Positions 55,301-63,832 are shown, counted from the first letter of the stretch. The stretch is 64,000 nt of DNA from Saprospiraceae bacterium (GCA_027488855.1 JAIYAV010000217.1:9197-73196); one strand, 5' to 3'. A program made the numbers and translations. The notes: a model not told the origin generated them from the sequence alone.

Positions 55301-55675
55301 GCCCATCAGTTTGTTGTACCAGGGCCAACCGTATTCCGTATCGGACGCAGCATGGATACCCACATAAGAACCTCCCGCCTGAATGTAGCGCTCAAAGTTG
55401 ACTTGTTGCGCCGGGCTCAATACATCGCCAGTGGTGTTTAGCCATACCACAGCGTTGTAACGCTTGAGGTTTTCTTCGGTAAATTTGTTGCTGTCTTCGG
55501 TGGTGTCCACCGCCACTCCAGCAGTTTTGCCCCACTCCTGAAAGAATTGGATGCCGCGCTGAATGGAATTATGGCGCCAACCCATGGTTTTGGAAAAAAC
55601 CAAAACCCGCTTTTGGGAAAAAGCGCTCAATGAAAAAAGACAGAGCGACAGTAGTATGATGTGATCTTTGCGCAT
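52358..55675 (-). CDS. Large secreted multidomain protein: ThuA-like + PQQ/sorbosone-dehydrogenase-like propeller + PKD + cytochrome c + C-terminal carbohydrate-binding-like domain
   Basis: 'RVLVFSKTMGWRHNSI' (ThuA). 'GLMGLGADPNY', 'GGSIDFDGKGNLF' and 'GCRNPYRIS' (propeller dehydrogenase). 'PLSVTLNASASKDPEGQALTYAWDFGNG' (PKD). 'CKSCHQ' (haem c site). Confidence 0.75.
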   Translation of the reverse strand: MRKDHIILLSLCLFSLSAFSQKRVLVFSKTMGWRHNSIQRGIQFFQEWGKTAGVAVDTTEDSNKFTEENLKRYNAVVWLNTTGDVLSPAQQVNFERYIQAGGSYVGIHAASDTEYGWPWYNKLMGGYFASHPGNPNVQKGTMTVMDRNHPSTQHLDATFDHTDEFYDFKSLRTDLIKPLIKVDEKSYKDGKMGDFHPMAWYHEFDGGKSFYSNYGHTWESFSDPKIAKHFIGGLTWAMSEKLDYSKAKSEQVPDQARFSKTVLVNNLDEPTELAVLPNGKVLFTERKGKLKMWNPATGNIKVVANMPVFTGNEYGLMGLGADPNYAQSKRLFLYYTPNDNSKENRLSQFTYDEAKDTLVFASEKVVLRVQVKKDGCCHTGGSIDFDGKGNLFLSTGDDTNPFESDGYGPMDGRPGRSGFDARYTSSNTNDLRGKILRIKVQPDGTYTIPEGNMYLASTAKTRPEIFVMGCRNPYRISVDKHTGFVYWGDVGPDAGEDSAERGPRGHCEFNQAQKAGYFGWPLFVANNKPYRRWDFDTKTAGVAYDPKAPMNESAHNTGLIELPAAQPPLVWYPYVTSTEFPLMGKGGRNPMAGPVYYADDFKNAPNRFPNYYNGKFFAYDWIRDWIMVITMDENGKYADMERFAPNVPLSNPMDMAFHTDGTLYMLEYGKKWFSANEDATLFKIEYNPGNLPPMAKLEASTTAGKKPLSVTLNASASKDPEGQALTYAWDFGNGKGSTQPNAVAKYKKPGFYETELTVTDAQGKASSSKVGIRVGNEMPKLDLTVKGNQTFFFPGKPLDYAIKVSDKEDGEVGKGISSEDVAVSLNYIEGFDRTGVAQGHQTNSGFVAGKRLIELSDCKSCHQMSEKSVGPSFMDISKKYKDSWEPVAGILANKILKGGKGVWGEQAMNAHPQLTKSEAESMAEYILSLAKDKKPENRPLAASVNLSEHEKKQPGMYILSASYTDKGIPMVGALIASQTISLRSPLLYATEADAHREMMRARGNSPMQVANDNAYLRYNGIDLTGVSEITVYTKGYGVGGKIELRTGSPEGTLLAETSFPKGDKKDVPLKFTAAAPAGKQDIFIVFRNADAKGNFLGGVEKFEFK

Positions 55676-55685
55676 TTGAATAAAA

Positions 55686-55761
55686 GTTGAGGGGTTGAGG
55701 GGTTGAGGAGTTGAGATGTCGTTGCGGTAGCCTCAACTTCTCAACCTCTCAACTTCTCAAC
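55686..55761. repeat. GTTGAG-word hairpin (30-bp stem with 4 G-T pairs and no other mismatch, 16-nt loop containing gcggtagc)
   Basis: Base-by-base pairing of 55686-55715 with 55732-55761 gives 26 Watson-Crick pairs and 4 G-T pairs. Confidence 0.9.
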
Positions 55762-55762
55762 C

Positions 55763-56437
55763 CTATTTGACAATCATTTTTAACAATAAATCAGCCACCA
55801 ACTGATTGCCTGCATCATTCAAATGTACCCGGTCGGTGGTCAAAATACCCGATTCCTGGTTCTTCGGATTGCTCTTCAGGTTGTAGGCCAGGAATTCTTT
55901 GCGTAAGTCAGCCAAGGGGCAATCGAATTTGGAAGCAAGGGTCCGAATCATGTTGGAGTAATGATTGAGATCGCCGTCTTGTTGGTTGCTATGATCGGTG
56001 CGTTCACCAATCACGGCTGGGGTACAACAAATGACCTTGATGCCATTGGACTGAAACTTTTTGATCAGGGCGACGTAGAATTTTTCGAACTTGTCTGGAT
56101 CAGTGCCAGTTTGATGGCTGGTTTTGTGCCACACGTCGTTGACTCCCACATAAATCACCACGATATTGGGTTTGTGGACCAAAACATCCTCTTCCAGGCG
56201 GAGGTACAAGTCGTAAACTTTGTTGCCGCCAATGCCCGCACCAATGAGTTGATACTTGTCCTTGATGCCCTGTTTGATCAGTGCATCTTTCATTTTGGTG
56301 ATGTATCCTCCGGGTTGCACCCCTGCTTGGGTGATCGAATCTCCAAACAATACGACTTTCACTACTTCGTCTTTGGTCACGGCCAAGGAGAGCAAACTCA
56401 AGGCCAGGGTAAACAATAAGGTACTAGATTTTAACAT
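55763..56437 (-). CDS. SGNH/GDSL-family hydrolase
   Basis: Signal peptide. Block I 'VVLFGDSITQAG', block III 'GVNDVWH', and C-terminal 'DRVHLN'. Confidence 0.8.
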   Translation of the reverse strand: MLKSSTLLFTLALSLLSLAVTKDEVVKVVLFGDSITQAGVQPGGYITKMKDALIKQGIKDKYQLIGAGIGGNKVYDLYLRLEEDVLVHKPNIVVIYVGVNDVWHKTSHQTGTDPDKFEKFYVALIKKFQSNGIKVICCTPAVIGERTDHSNQQDGDLNHYSNMIRTLASKFDCPLADLRKEFLAYNLKSNPKNQESGILTTDRVHLNDAGNQLVADLLLKMIVK

Positions 56438-56473
56438 CGTTGCTACTTTATTAAAGCGTTGAGTAGTTTTCGT

Positions 56474-57394
56474 TTAAAAATTGTCACTTTCTTCATAAGC
56501 CTTGATCAGTGCCATTTCGCCGTCTTTACCGGGCTTGGCATTGCCGTGCTCCATTCCAAATACACCTTTGAAACCTTTGTCATGGACGAATTTAAAGACG
56601 TTTTTGTAGTTGATTTCCCCGGTGGTGGGTTCCTTGCGGCCTGGGTTGTCACCGATTTGAAAATAAGCGATTTCGTCCCAGGCGCGTTCGATGTTCGGGA
56701 TGAGGTTGCCTTCGGTGATTTGTTGGTGGTAGATGTCGAAGAGGACTTTGCATGAAGGACTATCTACCGCTTTACAAACCTCGTACCCTTGGGCCGCTTT
56801 GGTGAGGAACAGACCGGGGTGATCCCGGAAATTGAGTGGCTCCAGTACCATGATGATGCCATGTGGCTCCAGAATGTCACAAGCCTGTTTGAGCGATTCC
56901 ACCACATTGGCGGTTTGGTAGCCCATCTCCTGGCGCAAATCCACAAACCCAGGCACAACCGTCATCCACTTGGCGTTCACCCGTTTGGCAACTTCGACCG
57001 ATTCTTTGATGTGCTTGAGGAATTCATCCCGTTTGTCTTGTTTGCCGCTGGTCAAACTTGGTTCCGACCAATAAATTTTATGTGCCACAAAAACCCCCAT
57101 TTCCATGCCCAATTTGCCCATGGTATCGGCGATTTTGCTTTGCAATTCGACGGTTCGGTCCTTCATGCCATTGTCTTCCAAAGCCATAAAACCCTGATCG
57201 ACCATGAATTTCAATTGATCAATCGGGTCTTCGCCTGCGCTGTTTTTGAACATCCCAAAATGTGGCGCATATTTCATTTTGAATTGACGCTTCGATGAAG
57301 CTGGACTATTTGGAGTGGCGGCATTTAAAGTGGCACCAGAGGCGATGGCCGCAGAGGCAGCAAAAGCTGATTGAACGAATTTCCTTCTAAGCAT
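56474..57394 (-). CDS. Xylose-isomerase-like TIM-barrel protein (hydroxypyruvate isomerase / sugar phosphate isomerase-epimerase family), Tat-type leader
   Basis: 'MLRRKFVQSAFAASAAIASGA' leader. 'VLEPLN', 'KVLFDIYHQQ' and 'HFQIGDNPGR' are typical of the Hyi/AP_endonuc_2 family. Confidence 0.75.
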   Translation of the reverse strand: MLRRKFVQSAFAASAAIASGATLNAATPNSPASSKRQFKMKYAPHFGMFKNSAGEDPIDQLKFMVDQGFMALEDNGMKDRTVELQSKIADTMGKLGMEMGVFVAHKIYWSEPSLTSGKQDKRDEFLKHIKESVEVAKRVNAKWMTVVPGFVDLRQEMGYQTANVVESLKQACDILEPHGIIMVLEPLNFRDHPGLFLTKAAQGYEVCKAVDSPSCKVLFDIYHQQITEGNLIPNIERAWDEIAYFQIGDNPGRKEPTTGEINYKNVFKFVHDKGFKGVFGMEHGNAKPGKDGEMALIKAYEESDNF

Positions 57395-57478
57395 TTGTAC
57401 TTTTGTTTGTTCGGTACAAAATAAGGAAAAGACTTTGAGGGATAAAATGTTATTTGTAAATTTTCGGAATCCAAATAC

Positions 57479-58420
57479 TTAATCTTTTGATTCATACACT
57501 TCTAGCGTATAACGGGAAAATTTTTTCATCAATATTTTTCTGTCTTCAGCCTTCAACACATTTATTGCAGTAGCCAGTGCATCGGCCAAAGTTGATCTTG
57601 GTCCAGCCAATCGACTGAACTGGCGATGCTGAATACCAAGCCCCGTACGAGGGTCGATGATGTGCGAATAGCGCTGACCCTCCCAATCCAAAAAGCGATA
57701 AGTATCTCCAGAGGTAGAGACTGCTTCACGCTTCAATGACAGTTCCACATCTACCGTTTCCCCTTTTTCATTGAGCCCTTTGCTGGCAATGGTCCAGGCT
57801 GCTTTATCGGGCGGTGCAGCCCCTACCCTGATGTCGCCTCCCGCAGCCACTAAAGCGCTACTTACTCCCGCTTTGCGTAGGATTTTGAAACATTCATCCA
57901 CCGCAAAACCTTTGGCAATGCCTCCTGCATCCAGGCGCATACCGGCTTTAGTTAGGCGAATTTTTTTAGTCAAAGGATAGCGCTGGATGAAGCGGTAATT
58001 GACTTTTTCTTTGGCTGTTTTGATTTCTGCCAAAGCCGGAAATTGAGTTTGCCGAAAAGCCCGGCGCCACAGCTTGCTCAAAGGGCCAATACTGAGGTCA
58101 AAGGCTCCGTCACTTTTCCGCGAAACTCTTTGGGACACTGCGATCAAGCGCCACATTTCAGTACTAACTTTTATTTTTTGACCAGTTCCCGCCGAGGCCG
58201 AAATTCGATTGATTTCGCTATTTTCTAAATAGTCACTAAAAATGGCGTTAAGGGTATCAATGCGGTCGAATAACTCTTGAGCAATAGCCTTGCCTTGAAC
58301 AGTATCTTCGGCGTACAAAATGACCTGAAACAAAGTCCCCATTTGGGGATGAAAAAATTCCTGCCTTTGCCCACAAGCCAAGACAGGAATCAATGATAAA
58401 AACCAACAAAAAAATCGCAT
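57479..58420 (-). CDS. apbE: FAD:protein FMN transferase (ApbE family)
   Basis: 'MGT.F.V', 'FDLSIGPL', 'LDAGGIAKGFAVD', 'VSTSGDTYR' and 'SHIIDPRTG' are ApbE hallmarks. Confidence 0.85.
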   Translation of the reverse strand: MRFFCWFLSLIPVLACGQRQEFFHPQMGTLFQVILYAEDTVQGKAIAQELFDRIDTLNAIFSDYLENSEINRISASAGTGQKIKVSTEMWRLIAVSQRVSRKSDGAFDLSIGPLSKLWRRAFRQTQFPALAEIKTAKEKVNYRFIQRYPLTKKIRLTKAGMRLDAGGIAKGFAVDECFKILRKAGVSSALVAAGGDIRVGAAPPDKAAWTIASKGLNEKGETVDVELSLKREAVSTSGDTYRFLDWEGQRYSHIIDPRTGLGIQHRQFSRLAGPRSTLADALATAINVLKAEDRKILMKKFSRYTLEVYESKD

Positions 58421-58438
58421 TCGATGTGTTATTGTAGC

Positions 58439-58551
58439 TGAAAAGTTGAAGGATTGAAGAGTTGAAAAGAAGCTACCGCAGCGTTTTTGACAAGGTCATT
58501 GTCTAAGTTTCTGCGGTAGCTTCTTTTCAACTCTTCAACTCTTCAACTTTT
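58439..58551. repeat. GTTGAA-word hairpin (42-bp stem with 1 A-C and 1 G-T mismatch, 29-nt loop; inner stem gctaccgcag/ctgcggtagc)
   Basis: Base-by-base pairing of 58439-58480 with 58510-58551. It shares the gcggtagc motif and word style with the element at 55686. Confidence 0.9.
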
Positions 58552-58562
58552 CAACCTTTCAT

Positions 58563-60119
58563 CTAAATTTTCACCATCCTCACCGTCTGCACCTCACGGC
58601 CGACCTGGATGCGGCAAAAATAAATGCCAGCGGGCCATTGTTCGCCAAGAAATTCTACTTGATGATCACCCGCTCCCAATTGTTGACTCATCAACACCTT
58701 CAACTCGCTGCCGATGTTGTCAAACACGCTGATGCGCGTCCAGGCAGAGCCGTTGAGGCGGAAACTGATGCGGGAAATGTCCCGGAATGGGTTGGGATAG
58801 GCCTTAACCGAAGTCGCTTCGAAGCTCAGGTCATCCGTATCTGTAGCCACTGAACAGTTTTTGACAATGGGCAAACGGGTGTAATTGGCAAACAAGTAAT
58901 CTTTGATTTCAGCTTGACTGACGCCGAACCAATCCTGCAAAATCGAGCCGTATACATCGCGGAAGTCAATTTGCATCGGCACTCCGGTTTGATCGGGCAC
59001 TGTAGCCGGAATTTCCGGGTTTTTGCCCACGATTTGTTTGCCTACACAGGAGCCAAATACAAAGAGCGGCGCAGCAGTACCATGGTCGGTACCCATACTC
59101 AAATTGGACTTGATTTGGCGGCCAAACTCGGAAAAGGTCAAACCTAAAACCCTTTCTTCCAATTTCATCAAGCGCAAATCTTCCTGGAAGGCTTTGATCG
59201 CTTCAGATAATATCAGCAGCAATTCGCGTTGGGTGCCTAGTGTCGTATCGCCGGCTTGAACCTGATTTGCGTGGGTGTCAAAACCACCCAAGTTGGCAAC
59301 AAATACTCTGGTTTTGATGCCTCCGGAAAGCATTAATGCGACATTTTTCAATTGTGATGCCAGGTTGGAAGTCGGGTAGGTAGTCAGGTTTTTCCCTTTC
59401 TTCGACGCGGCGGTAATTACGTCTGCATACTGATTGGTCTGCGAAATAGAGGTGCGCAAAAAGGACAACTCCTGACCGTAGGGCGTTCCTGGAAACAGGG
59501 TTTCTTTGCCTTCGGTCAATTTACCGAAGTTGAAGGGATCGGTCAGGGTCAAGCTGAAGTTACCCACCGTGCCCTGACAGGTTTCCGATACCGTACTGCC
59601 CAAGGTAATGGCAAATGGATCTGGAAACTCCCTATTCGGAAAACCATCTGGATAACGAGGATGATCGTCCTCAAAATAACGACCTACCCACCCAGTATTC
59701 ACGTATTCATTGGCACTTGAAGCCGATTGCCAGATGTCGGTAGAGCGAAAATGGGAGCGGTTTTGGTTGGGGTATCCAACACTGTGTACCACGCTCAATT
59801 TTCCGTCCTGAAACAATTTCTGAAAACCCGTCATGGACGGATGCAAGCCTGTTTCAGTCGAGATTTTTATTGCTTTGGCTTCAGGAATCAAGATATTTGT
59901 CCGCAACTTGGATAAATTGCTGTATTGATCCAGCGGCAGCACTACGTTTAGCCCATCATAACCTCCGCTCAAACGAATGATGACCAGCACTTTATCAGAG
60001 TAGGGATCAACGCTACTAAAAAGTGGGCTCATGGGCGAAGCGGAAATTTTCATCCCGTTCAATACCATTGGAACCGTTGCAGCTACCCCCGCCGTTTTGA
60101 TGAAATTTCTTCTTTTCAT
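58563..60119 (-). CDS. DUF1501-family (sulfatase-like) protein with a Tat-type leader and a C-terminal T9SS sorting domain
   Basis: 'MKRRNFIKTAGVAATVPMVLNG' (twin-arginine). 'GGFDTHANQ' and 'GTDHGTAAP' (DUF1501). The C-terminal 'AYPNPFRD.SRISF.L......ISVFDNIGSELK....Q.LGAGDHQVEF.....PAGIYFCRIQ' resembles a Por secretion tail. Confidence 0.8.
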   Translation of the reverse strand: MKRRNFIKTAGVAATVPMVLNGMKISASPMSPLFSSVDPYSDKVLVIIRLSGGYDGLNVVLPLDQYSNLSKLRTNILIPEAKAIKISTETGLHPSMTGFQKLFQDGKLSVVHSVGYPNQNRSHFRSTDIWQSASSANEYVNTGWVGRYFEDDHPRYPDGFPNREFPDPFAITLGSTVSETCQGTVGNFSLTLTDPFNFGKLTEGKETLFPGTPYGQELSFLRTSISQTNQYADVITAASKKGKNLTTYPTSNLASQLKNVALMLSGGIKTRVFVANLGGFDTHANQVQAGDTTLGTQRELLLILSEAIKAFQEDLRLMKLEERVLGLTFSEFGRQIKSNLSMGTDHGTAAPLFVFGSCVGKQIVGKNPEIPATVPDQTGVPMQIDFRDVYGSILQDWFGVSQAEIKDYLFANYTRLPIVKNCSVATDTDDLSFEATSVKAYPNPFRDISRISFRLNGSAWTRISVFDNIGSELKVLMSQQLGAGDHQVEFLGEQWPAGIYFCRIQVGREVQTVRMVKI

Positions 60120-60136
60120 GGTTTTGAAGGTTTGAT

Positions 60137-61822
60137 CTAGCTTAGGAAAAATTCAGGCAAACTCAAAATGGCTTTCACCAAATTCCGCAACTTGGTTTCC
60201 GCACTTGAACGCGCGGTGGCGTTGCTAGGGTTTTTGGTGTAGTTCGTCCAAATGGTATTCCATTCGTAGTCCGGTGTTCCCGCCAGAAAAGCATTCATCA
60301 AATCAGTCATTTGTGGCTCGGTCAAAGACTGAGGCAGCAGTACACTCACCATGTCTTCGACCAATAAGTAAGGGTCATTGGGATTGGGCATGGTGTTGGC
60401 AAAATTCAACACATTCAGGCCAGTTCGCACCCCTGCGGTATAATTGTTGGTAGCCATGCGGTCGGTCAGGCGCATCCGGGCTTGCAAGGTGGTCGCATTG
60501 ACCCAAATGCGGTAAAAGGCTGGCTCCTGGTAATAAGGTTTCCATCCTGCCACATCTGGTGGGTCAAAGTAGACCATTTGTTGGTTGTTCACTTCTCTGA
60601 TTAAAATAGCCAAGGCCTTGTGTCGAGTGGCCAAATCCGAAGCTTCCATGGCACTCCAGCCAATTTGTTTGAGCAAATTCAGGCTAAAAACGAGGGGGTT
60701 TTTGATCATCGGCCCCATGTTCAACACGTCAAAAAAGTGTTCACTTTTGAGCAGTGCCATCAAAGCAGGCTTGATTTCGTAGTTGTTTTGCACCAAAATA
60801 TCGGCCATAGGCGCAATCACATTCTGCTCTACGGCCGTACTGATCTCGTAATACACAAACCAGCGGTACAACTTGCGGCATATGAATCGCGCTACTTCTT
60901 TTTTGGTAAAAATGATGTCCACCACGGTTTCATGCTCCTTGTCAAAACCGTTGTTGATCACCGTTTCGTCGAAGCGGGGCGAGAGTTTTTTGGACTTGGT
61001 ATCGTGCGAAGAAATGCGGAAAAAAGAGCCTACTTTGGTAGTGGCATCGGTAGTATTGTAACCCTGGTCGCGCCAGCCCGTGAGCGCACGGGCAAACTCC
61101 CGAATGTCAAGCTCCGTGTAATTGGTATAATCGCCAGGACCAACCAAGGGCCCTTTGCCAATGGTGAACAATTCCAGCACTTCCCGTGCGTAGTTTTCAT
61201 TGGGCGCGTTGACCGTGTTTTGGTTGCTGTTCAAAAAGCGCAACATCAGGGGATCGATGTTGATTTTTTTGATCAATTCTTTAAAATTGCCCCAGGCATA
61301 AGTGCGCAAAAGGGTGATGTGGCGGTACCAAAACTTAGGGTCATCGTTGTCGCCAATCCCGAAATGATTGTGCCAAAACAAGGTCAACTGCTCGCGGATT
61401 GATACGGCTTCATTGAAGATGTTCTCGTAAGTCCAGGTACGCAGCGCGGTGTTGCGGTAACCTTGGTGCAAAATGCCGCCGTTTGTTGCATCTCTTACAT
61501 AAGGCGCATCGATCCAGGTAGAGCCTACGGGCACATTGGGATCAGTGGTGTAATCGTAATTGAGTGGAGGATTCGGCAGCGGATTGTCTTTGAACAATTC
61601 ATTCAGGGTAGCATTCAAACCCTTGCTTGCCGCATCTTTAATTTGGGCGTATTTCGGCCCAAAAGTCGTACGGCGTAAGAGGTGAGCCGCCTGGTCAAAC
61701 CCAAAAGTGCCAGCGTAAGGAGCGAGCCCTAACACGGGTGGCTTGAGGGTTTCGAGGGGGGAAATTGCTTTCGTAGCATGGGTTCGTCCCAACAGAGTAG
61801 AAAGCGTTGCTCTTCTATCCAT
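60137..61822 (-). CDS. DUF1800-family protein
   Basis: 561 aa with 'AAHLLRRTTFGP', 'LTLFWHNHF', 'NENYAREVLELFTIG' and 'GW' motifs typical of DUF1800. It lies directly upstream of the DUF1501 partner, the canonical pairing. Confidence 0.8.
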   Translation of the reverse strand: MDRRATLSTLLGRTHATKAISPLETLKPPVLGLAPYAGTFGFDQAAHLLRRTTFGPKYAQIKDAASKGLNATLNELFKDNPLPNPPLNYDYTTDPNVPVGSTWIDAPYVRDATNGGILHQGYRNTALRTWTYENIFNEAVSIREQLTLFWHNHFGIGDNDDPKFWYRHITLLRTYAWGNFKELIKKINIDPLMLRFLNSNQNTVNAPNENYAREVLELFTIGKGPLVGPGDYTNYTELDIREFARALTGWRDQGYNTTDATTKVGSFFRISSHDTKSKKLSPRFDETVINNGFDKEHETVVDIIFTKKEVARFICRKLYRWFVYYEISTAVEQNVIAPMADILVQNNYEIKPALMALLKSEHFFDVLNMGPMIKNPLVFSLNLLKQIGWSAMEASDLATRHKALAILIREVNNQQMVYFDPPDVAGWKPYYQEPAFYRIWVNATTLQARMRLTDRMATNNYTAGVRTGLNVLNFANTMPNPNDPYLLVEDMVSVLLPQSLTEPQMTDLMNAFLAGTPDYEWNTIWTNYTKNPSNATARSSAETKLRNLVKAILSLPEFFLS

Positions 61823-61944
61823 AGGTTAAGCGTTTGGTTGTGAGGTGGAAAATGACCGTGCCAGATTAGACGACACAAGTTAATAAAAGTTTAATGGACT
61901 TGAAAAAAGATTATAACTGCATGGATGATGATAAATTTAAGGCT

Positions 61945-61952
61945 TACTTTTG
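61945..61952 (+). promoter_or_regulatory. Candidate Bacteroidota -7 promoter box (TAnnTTTG)
   Basis: TACTTTTG lies 28 nt upstream of the ATG at 61980. This is a motif match only. Confidence 0.3.
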
Positions 61953-61979
61953 CAGCATCACCAAAGCACCAAATGGTTT

Positions 61980-62645
61980 ATGATCAAAGCCTGTATTTTT
62001 AACCTGGAAGGGGTCATCGTAGATACGCAGCGCATCTTTTATGAAGCTTTGGACGATTTGGCGCTGCGCTGGGGCGTAGATCCAGTGGCTCACCCCGCTG
62101 AAAACGAGGTCACCTACGGCGAAGCCCGGAAAATAGCTCTGGAGGAGTTAATCCTGCGCAGTGGCAAAATAATTGATTCCGCGCAACGTTCCGACATTAT
62201 GGAAGCCATTGATGCAGAAATTGCTGCCCACATTGCTGGCCTTACCCCTGATGACATTGAAGACGACGTTTTTGTATTCATCAAAGAGCTCAAAAACAAG
62301 GGCCTCAGTTTAGGCATCGTCTCTACCTATCCCAATACAACCAAAGTCCTCAATCGATTAAAGATTACCCACCTTTTTTATTCCATCGTTGAAATTGAAG
62401 GTACCGGGTTTTCTTCTATTTCGTCCGAGGTATACCTTAGCGTAGCCAAAGAATTGGGCATGGTTCCCGACGAAGTCATCGTGTTTGAACACACCAAAGA
62501 TGGTGCTGCCGCAGCGGGAGAAGCCGATTTTTTTGTAGTGGGGGTTGGCAAAGCCGATGATCTACAAGACGAATCTGATTTGGTGATTCCAGATTTTGAC
62601 AGCGTGCGGTTTCGCAAGATCATCACTGCATTGGGCACTGAATAG
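61980..62645 (+). CDS. HAD-superfamily (beta-phosphoglucomutase-like) protein with a substituted catalytic motif I
   Basis: The ATG at 61980 gives 'MIKACIFNLEGVIVDT', which aligns with the HAD motif I 'FDLDGV..DT' but has N and E in place of the two Asp. 'LGIVST' serves as motif II. The cap region is beta-PGM-like. Confidence 0.65.
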   Translation: MIKACIFNLEGVIVDTQRIFYEALDDLALRWGVDPVAHPAENEVTYGEARKIALEELILRSGKIIDSAQRSDIMEAIDAEIAAHIAGLTPDDIEDDVFVFIKELKNKGLSLGIVSTYPNTTKVLNRLKITHLFYSIVEIEGTGFSSISSEVYLSVAKELGMVPDEVIVFEHTKDGAAAAGEADFFVVGVGKADDLQDESDLVIPDFDSVRFRKIITALGTE

Positions 62646-62694
62646 ACTTTCTTTCTCTTAAATACCTTTTTTCTAAGACAAAAAATAATCCTTC

Positions 62695-63282
62695 ATGATC
62701 AAAAGTGTACTGCTGATTGGATTTACCGCACTGATGGCGGTATCCGCCTGCAAACCAGAAAAGAACAATTCCAGCGGCTCTGAGGACTTGAGCCCAATAA
62801 CCGGTTTGGCCAAAAAAGGTAGCGCGGCTGCGCCCGTAGCGCCCCCCAATCATCCGGTCATTCAAAGACTACAAATGAACTATTGGGTTTTTGAACATTA
62901 CCTAGTGCCTACCGGCCAAGAGAGTTACATCCGCCAACGGACCAACAAAGGGGTTTGGTTCCAGTTCCATTCCGATGGTACTTACATCTCTGGACAATGG
63001 GGCAAAACCCTGGACGAAGGGACTTTCTTCGTGCACGAAGAAAAAAACCCCTACATGGGCCGCATCATGCAAAACGTTTACCTGGACTCAGCTATCGACG
63101 ACAATCGGGACGTAGAATGGCAAATTCAGGGAATGTCGGAAGATGGTGGCTACATGTCCTGGGTGAAAATGACCGAAAACTCTGCGAATCCTGAGCCGGG
63201 TATGGCTAAGGCGATTTCGATGATGACTTTGCCGACTCCGGCATCGTTGAGGGTGGATTCGTTGGGGAATCCCGTGGAGTGA
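62695..63282 (+). CDS. Hypothetical lipoprotein
   Basis: Lipobox 'LMAVSAC' in a 195-aa ORF. I recognise no family. Confidence 0.55.
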   Translation: MIKSVLLIGFTALMAVSACKPEKNNSSGSEDLSPITGLAKKGSAAAPVAPPNHPVIQRLQMNYWVFEHYLVPTGQESYIRQRTNKGVWFQFHSDGTYISGQWGKTLDEGTFFVHEEKNPYMGRIMQNVYLDSAIDDNRDVEWQIQGMSEDGGYMSWVKMTENSANPEPGMAKAISMMTLPTPASLRVDSLGNPVE

Positions 63283-63310
63283 GGTAGTGGTTTTACCACA
63301 AGGTTTAGCT

Positions 63311-63434
63311 AAAGCGACATTTTTTAAGCACAAAGGACTCAAAGGCAGCACTATGGACACAAAGCGTCGTCAACGTCTAACTTTGTGATCTTTGTGCTGC
63401 CTCTGAGTCCTTTGTGCTTAAATAGTGTCGCTTT
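63311..63434. repeat. CACAAAG-word palindromic element (copy 2, opposite orientation to copy 1)
   Basis: The arms 'aaagcgacattttttaagcacaaaggactcaaaggcagcac' and 'gtgctgcctctgagtcctttgtgcttaaatagtgtcgcttt' pair. The central 'cgtcgtcaacgtct' resembles the reverse complement of the copy-1 loop. Confidence 0.85.
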
Positions 63435-63438
63435 GGTG

Positions 63439-63807
63439 CTATTTCAAAAAATCGCCATCTACAATCAACAACTTCACCCCATTCTCCGTGACAGAGCGAT
63501 GAGAACTCAACTCATCTGACACAATGTAACTCATGCCTTGGCTCAGCGCAAACTGCTCACCGTCTTCCATTTCGCTGACAAATGCACCTTCTAAGCAATG
63601 TACCAAGTGCCCTTTTTGGCACCAGTGATCGGCGATGTAGCCTGGGGAATATTCCACGATGCGGATGCGCAGGCCGGGCAGTTGGAGGGTTTGCCAATAG
63701 GCGGTGCCGGATTCGCCGGGGTGCTCGGTTTTGGGGATGAGGGACCAGTCGATGGATTGGAAAGGGATGGGTGGCATGTATGTTTTTTTTTCAAGATTAG
63801 CATTCAT
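63439..63807 (-). CDS. DHCW-motif cupin-fold protein
   Basis: 'IADHWCQKGHLVHCLEGAFVSEMEDGEQF' contains the name-giving D-H-W-C motif. The 122 aa size fits. Confidence 0.75.
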   Translation of the reverse strand: MNANLEKKTYMPPIPFQSIDWSLIPKTEHPGESGTAYWQTLQLPGLRIRIVEYSPGYIADHWCQKGHLVHCLEGAFVSEMEDGEQFALSQGMSYIVSDELSSHRSVTENGVKLLIVDGDFLK

Positions 63808-63832
63808 TGTTTAGTGCAGTTCAAATGCCAAC

